DNA of 64,000 nucleotides. Origin: an uncultured virus (IMG/VR IMGVR_UViG_3300029953_000021). Its lineage: Duplodnaviria; Heunggongvirae; Uroviricota; Caudoviricetes; Schitoviridae. Under the pieces are notes generated by a model. That model made no database searches. It was given only the letters and a program-made list of their open reading frames with translations, and was not told the DNA's origin. A program made the translations under genes and the position numbers. The stretch is taken from IMG/VR virus record IMGVR_UViG_3300029953_000021. One strand, given 5' to 3'. Of the stretch, positions 11,209 to 20,752 are shown piece by piece (position 1 is the first letter of the stretch; the number at the start of each line of letters is the position of its first letter).

Positions 11209-11952
11209 TTAAGACCCGTAGAAAGCTGTCAGGTGATCCAGGAGGATCTGACAGTCGTTGTCCATGTAGGTCTGGCTCTTGTCGAACAGACCCATGGGAG
11301 ATCGGATCCTCTCTCCGATCGTGGACTTGGTCGGCCGAGTCTGGAACACATGCTTGTATCCCAGATCCCGCTCCTCGTCGGTGATGACCAGAAGGTTTGA
11401 AGCGTAAGGCTCCAAGTCCTTGATGGTCATCTTCTTGGTTCCGACCACCGTCGAGAAGTAGGATTCGACGCCGTTGTTCTTGAGCGAGCCCTTGATCGGC
11501 ACGGAGGTCTTCATCTCCATGGCCTTCTCGTCGAGCTCGTCTTTCACATGGGCAGTGATGATGACGGGCTTGCCGAAGCGGGTGACCTTCTCCTGCATCA
11601 GCGTCTTGAAGAACTGTGCGTAGTTGCTCCAGCCCTTCATCGTGTCCGCCGAATTCAGCACGTACTGCGTTTCCATCATATCCATGAGGAACGTCACCGA
11701 ATCGAGGATGATCCCATCGGTCTTGGCGAGTGCAGTGTACGTGGCGTAGTCGAACGCTTCGTGGACCTGATAAGGGTCTTCGATGCGATAGGGCTGGAAC
11801 TTGTTCTTGAACGGAAGCCGCTTTCCGGCCTCGGTGTTCAAGTGCATCCAGCGTTCTTGGTTCCGAATATTGCGTAGACTGGCGCTCTTGCCAGTGGCTG
11901 AAAACCCAACGACCAACACCAGCTGATCATTGATCTCTAAAACGTCAGACAT
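11209..11952 (-). CDS. AAA/Sak4-like ATPase (N4 gp44-like)
   Basis: Walker A GFSATGKS, Walker B IILDS. Confidence 0.85.
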   Translation of the reverse strand: MSDVLEINDQLVLVVGFSATGKSASLRNIRNQERWMHLNTEAGKRLPFKNKFQPYRIEDPYQVHEAFDYATYTALAKTDGIILDSVTFLMDMMETQYVLNSADTMKGWSNYAQFFKTLMQEKVTRFGKPVIITAHVKDELDEKAMEMKTSVPIKGSLKNNGVESYFSTVVGTKKMTIKDLEPYASNLLVITDEERDLGYKHVFQTRPTKSTIGERIRSPMGLFDKSQTYMDNDCQILLDHLTAFYGS

Positions 11953-12014
11953 ACGTCCTCACTTTGGGGCTTGAGACAGTGAGCCCCGAACCGAAATACG
12001 GCTCGGGGTTTCTG

Positions 12015-14189
12015 CTACGCAGCCAGGAGTTTCTGGTATCGCTTGCCCACGGTGACCATGATCGTGGAGTCGATCTCGTCGGCATCCATGGGATCCGAGA
12101 GCTTTTTGTTGAAGGCATGGACTTGTCGACTGACAGTGACGAGATCCAGACCGCTGTCCAAGAGCGCCAAAGCGAACTTGACCATGTGGTTATTCCGACT
12201 CCCCGTGACGATCCGTTGAGCGAACCACCGCTCAAGGTTGTCGAGTGAAGCCACAGCCTTGAAGTCCTTCTTATGGGCTTCGTTCTTCGAGGTCTTGGGG
12301 ATGAATGGAAGGACGTCGAACAGGTCTCCATCCATGTTGTAGTGGTACTCACCACCCTCGAACGTCATCCACTTCTTGGACCGCTGGCTTGAACTCGCGT
12401 CGACATCGGCTGTCTTGAAGGGCAACCATGAGACGACCTCGTTCACCAGCTCCCCATACTCGTCTTTGTCGAGCTCAAGCCGATAATTGATCGGGATGAT
12501 GAGCCTGAAGCGGTTCTCTTCGGGTGTGCTGCGCTTCGTCGTGTAGATGAAGTGCTTCACTTCCGTGAGAAGGCTGCGCACGAGGTCGACAGAGATGCCC
12601 CCATCCACGTCGAGCACGAGCATATTGAACCCAGGAACGACGTTCTCCTCGGCTCGGTGCTTGTTCTTGAAGTGATGGTTCGCCCAGTGCATGTCCTGCG
12701 CTTGGGTCAGCACATGAAGCTGATCGAAGGGAACAGGTTCCTCCGGGGGAGCATATTCGTAGGCCCAGTTGTCGCTGTACGAGAAGATCATGTCGTTGAG
12801 ATCGGTCTCTTGCAGGGTTTCCCCCTTGTAGAACTCGATCCCGTCGACGAATGTCTTCTTGATGATGACGTTGTTCTTGTAGCCCCAGGCCGTAGCCAGG
12901 GTCATCATCTCGTTTCGCAGAGCGACACCCTTCTTGTAGAAGGGCAGAGCCTCGATCAAGTCCGCCTGAGTGAGGTCTTCACCACAGGTGGCGATGTACT
13001 TCGCCAGCTTCACATGGACTTTCTCGCGCTTGAGAATGGTGGTGAAGGCCACCCCAGACTCTTCGACGAGCAAGATCGCCTGTTGCAGATGAAGGAGTTC
13101 GATCTCGTTGCACTGATCGATAAAGGCCAAGGCCCCTGCCAGTTTCAGCGCCTTGAAGTACCGATGCGATAGCTCGGCCTTCTGGATCTCGGCATGGTCA
13201 GGCATCAACTCGGCTGCCTGTTCGCAGGCAATCTTGTAGCTGACCAGGGCAGTGCCAACTTCCTTTTCGACGACCATCTTCCAGCCGAACATCCCTGGAT
13301 CGGCGAGCGAATGGAAATGCGCTGCCCATCGCTGGATCGTCTCGTTGTTCTGTGGCTCCGTGAGGCGTTCGTAGATCTCTTCCGGGGACTGCGAATTGAA
13401 CGCCTTGCGATCCTGCTGCCCGACGCCAAAGAGACAGCGACGAGCGTAGCCAGTCTCGAGGAACGAGTAGAACTGATCCTCGGTGATGCCTCCGTCGAAG
13501 AGCTTGGCCGGCGTCCCGAACAGAAGCATGTTTGTGGGCGTCTTGCCGTCGAGCTCCTCGGTGCGCTCATTGTCCGCGGTGACCTTGGTCAGCTTGGCCT
13601 TGACCACGCCCTGATCATAGAGCTCCAGAAACAGATTGAGGATGTCGACCGAACCAATGAGGTTCGAACCGATCTCGTCGATCTGGAGATTGATGGAGCC
13701 ACAGTTCGCCAAGAGCAGCTTGTGACGCAGCTGCTTGACCGCAGGAGGGGTGCCAGAGTCGAAGGTGTAGGCGAAGGCGCCAGTACGCTTGTATTCCTTC
13801 TGGACCTTCTCAAACTCCTCCTGGGGATCCGTGTTCTGGCGAACAGCCCGGTCATTGCCGATGACCCAGTGGTTTTGCTCGCTGATCACCGGCATCGTGT
13901 CCTCCAGGAAGCGCTTCTTGAAGCCCCTCATGAATTCGTTTTCGACGACGTTGACGCTGTGGCCTTTGCCAAAGCCCGAAGTGGCCAAGGCGAGAGCATA
14001 GATATTGACCGGGATGTCGCCCCTGTCCTTGGTGACGATGGTGGCCCGCATCGAGCTGGCCATCTTGCCCAGGAAGTAAGCGACTTCGCACCGGAAGAAC
14101 CCACGATCCGTGTTCTGCGTCTTGTTGCAGAGCACCTCGACCAATTCTTCAATGGCCGGGTGGTGGGTGACACCAGTGAGGTCGATCAT
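12015..14189 (-). CDS. DNA primase (N4 gp43-like)
   Basis: P-loop ATSGFGKG, LVLDVDGG, YTTKRS..ENRFRLIIP, C-terminal GSRNNHM (PriCT-like); start at MIDLTG. Confidence 0.85.
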   Translation of the reverse strand: MIDLTGVTHHPAIEELVEVLCNKTQNTDRGFFRCEVAYFLGKMASSMRATIVTKDRGDIPVNIYALALATSGFGKGHSVNVVENEFMRGFKKRFLEDTMPVISEQNHWVIGNDRAVRQNTDPQEEFEKVQKEYKRTGAFAYTFDSGTPPAVKQLRHKLLLANCGSINLQIDEIGSNLIGSVDILNLFLELYDQGVVKAKLTKVTADNERTEELDGKTPTNMLLFGTPAKLFDGGITEDQFYSFLETGYARRCLFGVGQQDRKAFNSQSPEEIYERLTEPQNNETIQRWAAHFHSLADPGMFGWKMVVEKEVGTALVSYKIACEQAAELMPDHAEIQKAELSHRYFKALKLAGALAFIDQCNEIELLHLQQAILLVEESGVAFTTILKREKVHVKLAKYIATCGEDLTQADLIEALPFYKKGVALRNEMMTLATAWGYKNNVIIKKTFVDGIEFYKGETLQETDLNDMIFSYSDNWAYEYAPPEEPVPFDQLHVLTQAQDMHWANHHFKNKHRAEENVVPGFNMLVLDVDGGISVDLVRSLLTEVKHFIYTTKRSTPEENRFRLIIPINYRLELDKDEYGELVNEVVSWLPFKTADVDASSSQRSKKWMTFEGGEYHYNMDGDLFDVLPFIPKTSKNEAHKKDFKAVASLDNLERWFAQRIVTGSRNNHMVKFALALLDSGLDLVTVSRQVHAFNKKLSDPMDADEIDSTIMVTVGKRYQKLLAA

Positions 14190-15172
14190 GGGGTGAAGTA
14201 CCTGTCTTTTTGGGTGCAAATGGCGAATGCCTCGCAGTAGCCGCATCGCTTTGGCTCACCGGGCACGGTTTTGATGATCCCTTGACCACCCTTCGACGTC
14301 TTGAAACTCAAGGCATCATTGAGGTTGTCGAAGTTCTTGGTCGAGCGACCAGAGGTCTTCATGGGGTCAGAATAGAATTTGAAGACCGGCTCCGAACGCC
14401 ACAGCTCTTCGTCTGTGCATTCGGGAAGGTTCGGTTCGGCGACTTCCTTATATTTATCGATGAGGGAAAGCTTGTGGCGAAGCCACTGCTCGGTCTCATC
14501 AAGAGATAGAAGAGAGATCTCCTTAAACTCAACCTTCTTTTGTGGGTAATTGGGATTTTGTTTGGCCTGCATCTTCTGCCAGTCGGTGAAGATGAAATTG
14601 ATGCGGCCATAGTCCTCGGTGATCTTGCGAAGAGGTTGTCCGGCGTCCAGCCAGCGGTACAAACTCATCTGGAGTTTGTAGTCGTCGTCACGGCTTCCCA
14701 GGAGCCAGGCATAAGCGCTCGTGCTCTTCTGATCCTGGACAATGCCTTCGGTGACAAAGTCGAACTTGCCGCCGACCGTCCAACCGTCGATCTCTCGAAA
14801 GAGCCGTTGTTCCATGTAGATCGGGATGATCTCGTTCGAGGCTCGGACTTCGTCGTCGGTGGGATTGATCCGCACCCGGTCGATCAGATGCTGGGGGTAG
14901 CCCAGGAGCTTGAGCGATCTTGCGTAACCATGGACCCAGGCTTTTTCAACCGAGTCGTGGAGAGCATGGCCCATCGAGCGAGCGATGAAGTCTTCGACAT
15001 CGATCACGTTGTCGCCAACGTCCATGCGCCGGGGCAGCAAGATGTGCCGGAGCGGCTTCATGATCGAAGTCGCCGAGATGTACTTGTTGAACTTGCCGGC
15101 TTGAGAGTCGTATTCGTCGTGCAGGAGCCAGACGGCAAGAGCGAGACTGATGTCGGATCGATTGGTAATCAC
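14186..15172 (-). CDS. PD-(D/E)XK / Cas4-like exonuclease (N4 gp42-like)
   Basis: GGKFD...DQKSTS, QMSLY, C-terminal CxxCxxxxxC; GTG start estimated. Confidence 0.8.
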   Translation of the reverse strand: MITNRSDISLALAVWLLHDEYDSQAGKFNKYISATSIMKPLRHILLPRRMDVGDNVIDVEDFIARSMGHALHDSVEKAWVHGYARSLKLLGYPQHLIDRVRINPTDDEVRASNEIIPIYMEQRLFREIDGWTVGGKFDFVTEGIVQDQKSTSAYAWLLGSRDDDYKLQMSLYRWLDAGQPLRKITEDYGRINFIFTDWQKMQAKQNPNYPQKKVEFKEISLLSLDETEQWLRHKLSLIDKYKEVAEPNLPECTDEELWRSEPVFKFYSDPMKTSGRSTKNFDNLNDALSFKTSKGGQGIIKTVPGEPKRCGYCEAFAICTQKDRYFTP

Positions 15173-15248
15173 TTGCGTTGTCCTGCGTTGAGCATGAAAA
15201 AGGGACCACGGCCCGGTCAAAGGCTGTGATCCCTATGGGTTTCTTGGT

Positions 15249-15683
15249 TCAGACGTTGAGAGCGTCTTCGCTCTGCAACGCAGCGTCGGCAGACTGCTGA
15301 TCGAGATCTTTGTTCACCGGTGCGTTGACCGGGGGACGTTCGACCAACACCATGCCTTCGGGGAGCTTGTTGAACTCGGCCTGCGTGAAGACGCCGAGGG
15401 GTATTGCCGCCGTGATCACCACGTCGACGACGGTCAGCTTGATCTCGCTGCCGATCTTCTTGTGGAACTGGCCCTGGAGAGCCTGCTGCGCACGAGCAAT
15501 GTGAGCGACTCCGAGTCGGCCATCGATACTCCGCACGACCGCATTGCAGGCCGCCGAGATCGGTGTCGGCTCTTCGCCGATCGTAAACACGATGTTGCCG
15601 GCGATGAGAAAGTAGTGCTCCAACACGTCCGCCGCTGCCGGAGCCTTGTGGTCAGGCTTCGGCTTCAATTTCGATTCACCCAT
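15249..15683 (-). CDS. Hypothetical protein (N4-like)
   Basis: ORF packed in the replication operon. Confidence 0.7.
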   Translation of the reverse strand: MGESKLKPKPDHKAPAAADVLEHYFLIAGNIVFTIGEEPTPISAACNAVVRSIDGRLGVAHIARAQQALQGQFHKKIGSEIKLTVVDVVITAAIPLGVFTQAEFNKLPEGMVLVERPPVNAPVNKDLDQQSADAALQSEDALNV

Positions 15684-15693
15684 TTAGGTTTTC

Positions 15694-18285
15694 CTAGTTC
15701 GCCAGGGCTTTTTCGATGATCCCTGGCAGTTGAGTTTCAGTGGCGCCATTCGGGATGTGGATCTCCTCAGCCCATGAAGGCCAGAAGATCGAAAGAGCAC
15801 CACCAAGTTTCACTTCGTCATGCCAGATGTCAGGATGATCCTGCCATTGGACTGCCTTGACCAAGTGTTCATTCACATAGGCGATAGCGCCTATGTCATC
15901 TCGAACCAGAGCATAACCGGCATCATGGATCTGAGCGCAGGGGCGAATATCGAGACGATACTTGCTCTTGCGGACTCCCTTCATGAAGTCGACCCAGGCC
16001 CTGGAGTTTAAAAGGCACCAGCTCTGGCCCAGCGCATTGCCTGCACTTCGACCTTCGGCTTCCGCCTCATGAGGTGTTTTGCCATTTCCGCGGATCACTT
16101 GAGCCAGGAGGGGAGTGCGAACTCGCAACCCGAAAGCCACGGTGACGAAGCCGTCTTTGGCAGCCTGGTCGAGCTTGCCGTTCACCCAATCGATCGAGAC
16201 TTTGTAGAGCTTTTTGAAGCTGTCCTCGATACGCTTGGCTTCCTCCATCGAGAATCCGCAGTTCCGCATCAAGGTTTGAAAGGTCCCTTGATAGGTGAGA
16301 GCGAATGTCGGTGGCTTACTATTCTGGCGAAGTGGCTTGTACTTCTTCTGGATCGAATTGATCGACTCGACGCTTGTCGGATCGATGTCAGGCATTTGGT
16401 CTGTCCAGTAGCTGTAAGCCCTCAGAGAGTGCCCATCATAGCCGTCCGTGTAGACCTTGATCTTGTTCGGATCTCTGGTGGTGAGCGCCGAGATCTTGTC
16501 TTCGAGCGAGTCAAAATCCAGGCCGAGAAACACCCAGCCAGGGGGTGCTTCCACGCAGCTCTTGATGAGTTTGGCGTATTTGCTGTGAGCCGGCAGGTTC
16601 TGGAGATTGGGATCAGACGAAGAGAGTCTCCCTGAGAGGGTTCCCCCCAGGTTGAAATTCCCACACAGATAGTGCCAGCCATCAGGCCCAGGGACTGAGT
16701 TTTCGAGCGCCGGGATGAAAGTCTCGAGGATGATCGAGACTCCTGCGTAGTCCAGGAGGGCATCCAGAAAACTGAGAATTTCTGGATCTTTGGTCTCGTG
16801 CTTGAGATCTTTGAGGACTTCAGCCTTGGTGCTGGGTTGCTTCGAGTCGGTGAAAGCGATCACCGGCAGGTCAAGCATCCCATAAAGGAGATCTTGTAGC
16901 TGAGGCCCGGAGTTCGGATTGAAGACCTCCTTGGCATCAGCCAGGATCACACGCTTCTTTTTGAGTGTCGTGTTCTTCTTCTCGACCCACTGCTCATTGA
17001 GCCGGTGGGTAAATGCCACACCGATCGAGCTTTGCTGGAGCCTGGTGATGGCGCTTTGTTCGTCGGCCACCAAGATGGCCTTGACCTCGACGACCCTCTC
17101 CATGTTCACCGGAAGCCCGGTGAGCTGCATCTGGATAATATCGGCTGTCGCCGGCTTGAAGAGCGTCTCGTAGATTTCCAGCTGCTGGTCGTCGACGAGT
17201 GTGTTCCAGTGCTTCTCGTACACGAACCATGTGGAGCAACTGTCCACTAAGTTGTAGCGGAGCAGCATATCCAGCTTGATCCGAGTGATGTCCTTGATCT
17301 CGGACATCCCATAGTTTCCGGCGAATTCCTGAGCTTGATCCTTGAGCGAGAGCCGGTTTCCCGAGCATGAATTCGTAGCGAGGTACGAAATCAGCTTCGT
17401 GCATTCCCAGTTCTTGAGCAACATGCTCACGCCGAAGAGCAAGCCTTTGGTGTCGAGCTGATCCTCCATATACAACTGATAAATCAGCACATACACGTCG
17501 AAGGCGATTAGGTGATAAATGGCTTTTTGAGCCAGCCGAGCAAAGAAATAGCGCAGAAGCTTCCGCTTCGGTTCGCTTCGCACTTGCCGTCCAAAAGGCG
17601 CCTCGGTGGCTCCTTCGATCTCTTCGTAGTCGACGGGGAAGGCGATGCCCTCATGCTTGGACCAAGCGAACGAGATCGTACCGATCCCTGCTTTGTCGTG
17701 CTTGAGGCTGAAGGTCTCGATGTCGATCGTCAGCGGCACATTCATGGCGATCAGCCGATCGAGAGCGGCTTTGATCTCTTCAAGACTTCGGGGGTATTCC
17801 TCGTGCATGAGCACTTCGTTGCCGGGAGCCTGGTAGACACCGGCTCGGTGATCCATGAGAGCCCGGATACCCTGGCCAATCTTGGCTGTGACTTTCTCTG
17901 GGTCATAGAAGATCGAGCGGAAATTCGGGACGTAGATCACTTTCCAGGGGCCGAACACGCAGTCGAGCACGTAGCCCAGGTGGGCTTCGGTCTTCTGGGA
18001 CTTGGTGAGCACCTTGAAATAGTCGCTGTCGGCGACGACGAGATATTCGATGCCCATCTCTTCGAGAATGGGGACGAGTTCCTCGGTGAAATACGCCTTC
18101 ATGTCCTTGGCCGGCGTCTTTTTGGCGTTCGGCGTATAATGCAGGTCGAGGACGATCACATCGTCTTGGGCAAGCCCGAAAGGTTCGATGTAGGCTTTGT
18201 GGATCTCATCCCTGCGGATCGATGGAACCAGGAAGCACACAGGGTACGCCGCCTGCTCAGACGTCGTGTAATACAAGTGGTTCAC
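15694..18285 (-). CDS. Family A DNA polymerase
   Basis: Exonuclease TIDIET; GTLSGRLSSSDPNLQN; motif A DFDSLE; motif B RQNSKPPTFALTY; motif C QIHDA. Confidence 0.95.
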   Translation of the reverse strand: MNHLYYTTSEQAAYPVCFLVPSIRRDEIHKAYIEPFGLAQDDVIVLDLHYTPNAKKTPAKDMKAYFTEELVPILEEMGIEYLVVADSDYFKVLTKSQKTEAHLGYVLDCVFGPWKVIYVPNFRSIFYDPEKVTAKIGQGIRALMDHRAGVYQAPGNEVLMHEEYPRSLEEIKAALDRLIAMNVPLTIDIETFSLKHDKAGIGTISFAWSKHEGIAFPVDYEEIEGATEAPFGRQVRSEPKRKLLRYFFARLAQKAIYHLIAFDVYVLIYQLYMEDQLDTKGLLFGVSMLLKNWECTKLISYLATNSCSGNRLSLKDQAQEFAGNYGMSEIKDITRIKLDMLLRYNLVDSCSTWFVYEKHWNTLVDDQQLEIYETLFKPATADIIQMQLTGLPVNMERVVEVKAILVADEQSAITRLQQSSIGVAFTHRLNEQWVEKKNTTLKKKRVILADAKEVFNPNSGPQLQDLLYGMLDLPVIAFTDSKQPSTKAEVLKDLKHETKDPEILSFLDALLDYAGVSIILETFIPALENSVPGPDGWHYLCGNFNLGGTLSGRLSSSDPNLQNLPAHSKYAKLIKSCVEAPPGWVFLGLDFDSLEDKISALTTRDPNKIKVYTDGYDGHSLRAYSYWTDQMPDIDPTSVESINSIQKKYKPLRQNSKPPTFALTYQGTFQTLMRNCGFSMEEAKRIEDSFKKLYKVSIDWVNGKLDQAAKDGFVTVAFGLRVRTPLLAQVIRGNGKTPHEAEAEGRSAGNALGQSWCLLNSRAWVDFMKGVRKSKYRLDIRPCAQIHDAGYALVRDDIGAIAYVNEHLVKAVQWQDHPDIWHDEVKLGGALSIFWPSWAEEIHIPNGATETQLPGIIEKALAN

Positions 18286-18301
18286 TGAGGGCTTCCTTGG
18301 T

Positions 18302-18805
18302 TCAGTACAGCAGCCTTGTGGCGCTGTAGAGCATCATCTTCGGCAGGAATTTCTCGAACTGTCGCATCGCCCTTACATCATGCGAGATGGTGTAAGCGTG
18401 ATCGTTCGATCGTTCATATTGACTGAGTGTGGGGTCCAGACTCACCAAGCACTCTGGAAGCGCATCCCGGATGTCCTGTTCGGACTCACAGGGCTTGAGG
18501 ATCAGAAAAAGCATCTGCTTGATCAGATCCCTGTCGTCCTGGATGGTCTTCCGGTCCTTGAGCCATCTCTCCATGGCGCTATTCAGCGAGAAGTGGAGAG
18601 TCGCCTTGGCTTGACCGGCTGCTAAGACCACGGTCGAGACGCCGGAGGGCATATAGAACTGCCCTCCGTACAAGAAGCCATCGACTTTGAGGTCCTTCAG
18701 CTTCTTGTTGTCGGCATTGAGTGTGGTGATCATCGCCAGAAGCCTTCGAACTTCCGGTTCGAATAGCTTCGTGGCGAGTTCATTGATCAGTGGGTTCACC
18801 TTCAT
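18302..18805 (-). CDS. Conserved N4-like protein between helicase and polymerase
   Basis: DGFLYGGQFY, QDIRDALPECL; synteny. Confidence 0.75.
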   Translation of the reverse strand: MKVNPLINELATKLFEPEVRRLLAMITTLNADNKKLKDLKVDGFLYGGQFYMPSGVSTVVLAAGQAKATLHFSLNSAMERWLKDRKTIQDDRDLIKQMLFLILKPCESEQDIRDALPECLVSLDPTLSQYERSNDHAYTISHDVRAMRQFEKFLPKMMLYSATRLLY

Positions 18806-18818
18806 AGCGAACCCCCTT

Positions 18819-20138
18819 TCAGTGAGTTAGGCCGCCGTATCGCTGAGCGAGGTCACCGTAAAGAATCACTCGGTTTCGTGCCCTCGTAAAAGCCACGTAG
18901 AGAAGCCGAGCCGCCGTCTGCGGCTGGTGACAGCCGCTGATGTCGCCTACGTCGATGAAGACGACGTCATGAGTTGAGCCTTGCGCCTTGTGAACCGTGG
19001 CTGCGTCACGAGGACGGAGATCGGGCACCCTGTTTCGCAGGTTGAAATAGCGGTCCCACTCCTTGCGCTGGCTGAAGTAGCGAAGCAGCGAGGCGTGATG
19101 ATCTCGATCAACCGGCAGAGGCACGTTCGTGTATAAGTTTCCGAGTCTCGACCGCAGCGTTGAGGTTCTCACCTCAAGCTCGATGTCGGAATTATCGTAC
19201 TTTCCGACGACCATCTGCTGCGTTTCGTCGGCCTGGGCGACAATTTCCACCTCCTCCTCGACGGAAAGCATGGTATTGCCCAAACGAATCGCTTGGTTGT
19301 TAACGAGGAATTCGTTGAGCCCGTACTCAGTCGCCAGGTTCCGGATGTCGCGGACGTGATCGTTATAAAGGACCACCCGCTTGTTCGTGTAAGCCAGGAT
19401 CCGAGCCTCTCGGGTCTGGGTTTTGAACGTGTCTGCGATGAGAGTTTCCATCTCTCCGTCGTCGGCCAGATCGATAACGCCGGGCACGATTTGGATAGGC
19501 TGGAAGACTCCAGTCTCGACAGAGTTCCGAAGCTGCTGGCAGACCGCCATGAGGGCCGGCTGACCGGCATTGCGGACGCTCTCGGTGAGCTCGAAGAACG
19601 TGAGGCCTGCTCGATGGATCGGGCTTACGGCCTCCATCACTGGAGCCAGCTGGCAATGATCGCCGACGAAGACGATCTTGCAGGCGTGGGTTCCCTCCCG
19701 CAGCAGGGCCAAGAGCGCCGTGTCGATCATGTAGGCTTCATCCACGAAGATGATTTTGCGTTCGTGAACCGTCCAAGCGCCTGTTTTGGTGAGCTTCGAT
19801 CGACCGGTCGAATAATCGTCCGTGACCTTGAGGTTCAGGAACGAATGGATCGTCTCGGTGGGACGCTTCGAGGCCAGGCCCAGGACTTCAGAGGCTTTGT
19901 TCGTAGTCGCCGTCATCACCACGGAGTCGAATTCCGGAGCGATCCCCATCATTCGGCAGGACTTGAAATATTCCGGCATTACCCGGTCGATCAGATGCCC
20001 CATCAGGAAGGTTTTTCCCACTCCTCCTGGGCCGCTGATGATGATCTCTTTTTCCGTATTGAATAGAAATTGAAAGAAGCCATCGGCGGCTTCTTGCTGT
20101 CCTTGGTTCAGCTTAGGCGTTTGCACTACATCGAGCAT
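18819..20138 (-). CDS. SF1 (Dda/RecD-like) DNA helicase
   Basis: GPGGVGKT, FVDEA, GDHCQLAPV, TVHKAQGST, LYVAFTRAR. Confidence 0.93.
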   Translation of the reverse strand: MLDVVQTPKLNQGQQEAADGFFQFLFNTEKEIIISGPGGVGKTFLMGHLIDRVMPEYFKSCRMMGIAPEFDSVVMTATTNKASEVLGLASKRPTETIHSFLNLKVTDDYSTGRSKLTKTGAWTVHERKIIFVDEAYMIDTALLALLREGTHACKIVFVGDHCQLAPVMEAVSPIHRAGLTFFELTESVRNAGQPALMAVCQQLRNSVETGVFQPIQIVPGVIDLADDGEMETLIADTFKTQTREARILAYTNKRVVLYNDHVRDIRNLATEYGLNEFLVNNQAIRLGNTMLSVEEEVEIVAQADETQQMVVGKYDNSDIELEVRTSTLRSRLGNLYTNVPLPVDRDHHASLLRYFSQRKEWDRYFNLRNRVPDLRPRDAATVHKAQGSTHDVVFIDVGDISGCHQPQTAARLLYVAFTRARNRVILYGDLAQRYGGLTH

Positions 20139-20151
20139 TGAATTCTCCAAC

Positions 20152-20174
20152 AAAAAACCCTCCAAAAGGAGGGT
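20152..20174 (-). terminator. Intrinsic terminator
   Basis: Minus strand ACCCTCC-TTTT-GGAGGGT followed by a T run. Confidence 0.7.
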
Positions 20175-20236
20175 CATTCGTCATGGTTACGGGGGTGAAG
20201 GATGAGCTACACCCCCGAGAACTCGATGAGCGTAGT

Positions 20237-20614
20237 TTAGGCGGCGACTTCGGTAGGCATAGTCGGCACTACTTCAGTGCTCGTAATGTCTTCAACAGGC
20301 GCCGGAATATGCCGCAGAGCGACGTCAGCCGTGATCAGTTCACGAACATAAGCTTTGATCGAAGAGATATGGCCGGCTTCAAGGTAGTCGGCGATGCTTT
20401 CTTGAAAGTTCAAAGGCAGACTTTCAAGAATTTCTTCCATGAAAGCACGTCGAGTGTCAGCGGGAGTGATCCCGAGAGACTTCAAACGCAGCGTAACCGA
20501 AGTAGGGTGACACTTAAGTCGCGTCCCGATCGCTGAGAGTGAGAACCCAAGACTGTTCAGTCGCGTGATGTCGCGATCAGAGCCCTTACGATTGCGACGA
20601 AACACTGTTGACAT
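20237..20614 (-). CDS. HTH DNA-binding protein
   Basis: SLSAIGTRLKCHPTSVTLRLKSLGI resembles an HTH; flanked by hairpins (20152-20174, 20677-20703). Confidence 0.7.
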   Translation of the reverse strand: MSTVFRRNRKGSDRDITRLNSLGFSLSAIGTRLKCHPTSVTLRLKSLGITPADTRRAFMEEILESLPLNFQESIADYLEAGHISSIKAYVRELITADVALRHIPAPVEDITSTEVVPTMPTEVAA

Positions 20615-20752
20615 ACTGAAATGACCTCGTTGGTCGGCTTGTATACGATTCCTGAGTTATAGCTCTATCTTATGAAAGGGGAACTGTTTTTTGCAGTTCC
20701 CCTCTCATCTGTCCTCCAATTCGTCACGAACTTGTCGTAATCGATATATGTT

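Noticed and set aside
14186..15172. Cas4 as evidence of CRISPR
   Set aside because: Solo Cas4-like nuclease at the usual N4 replication-block position; no array or cas1
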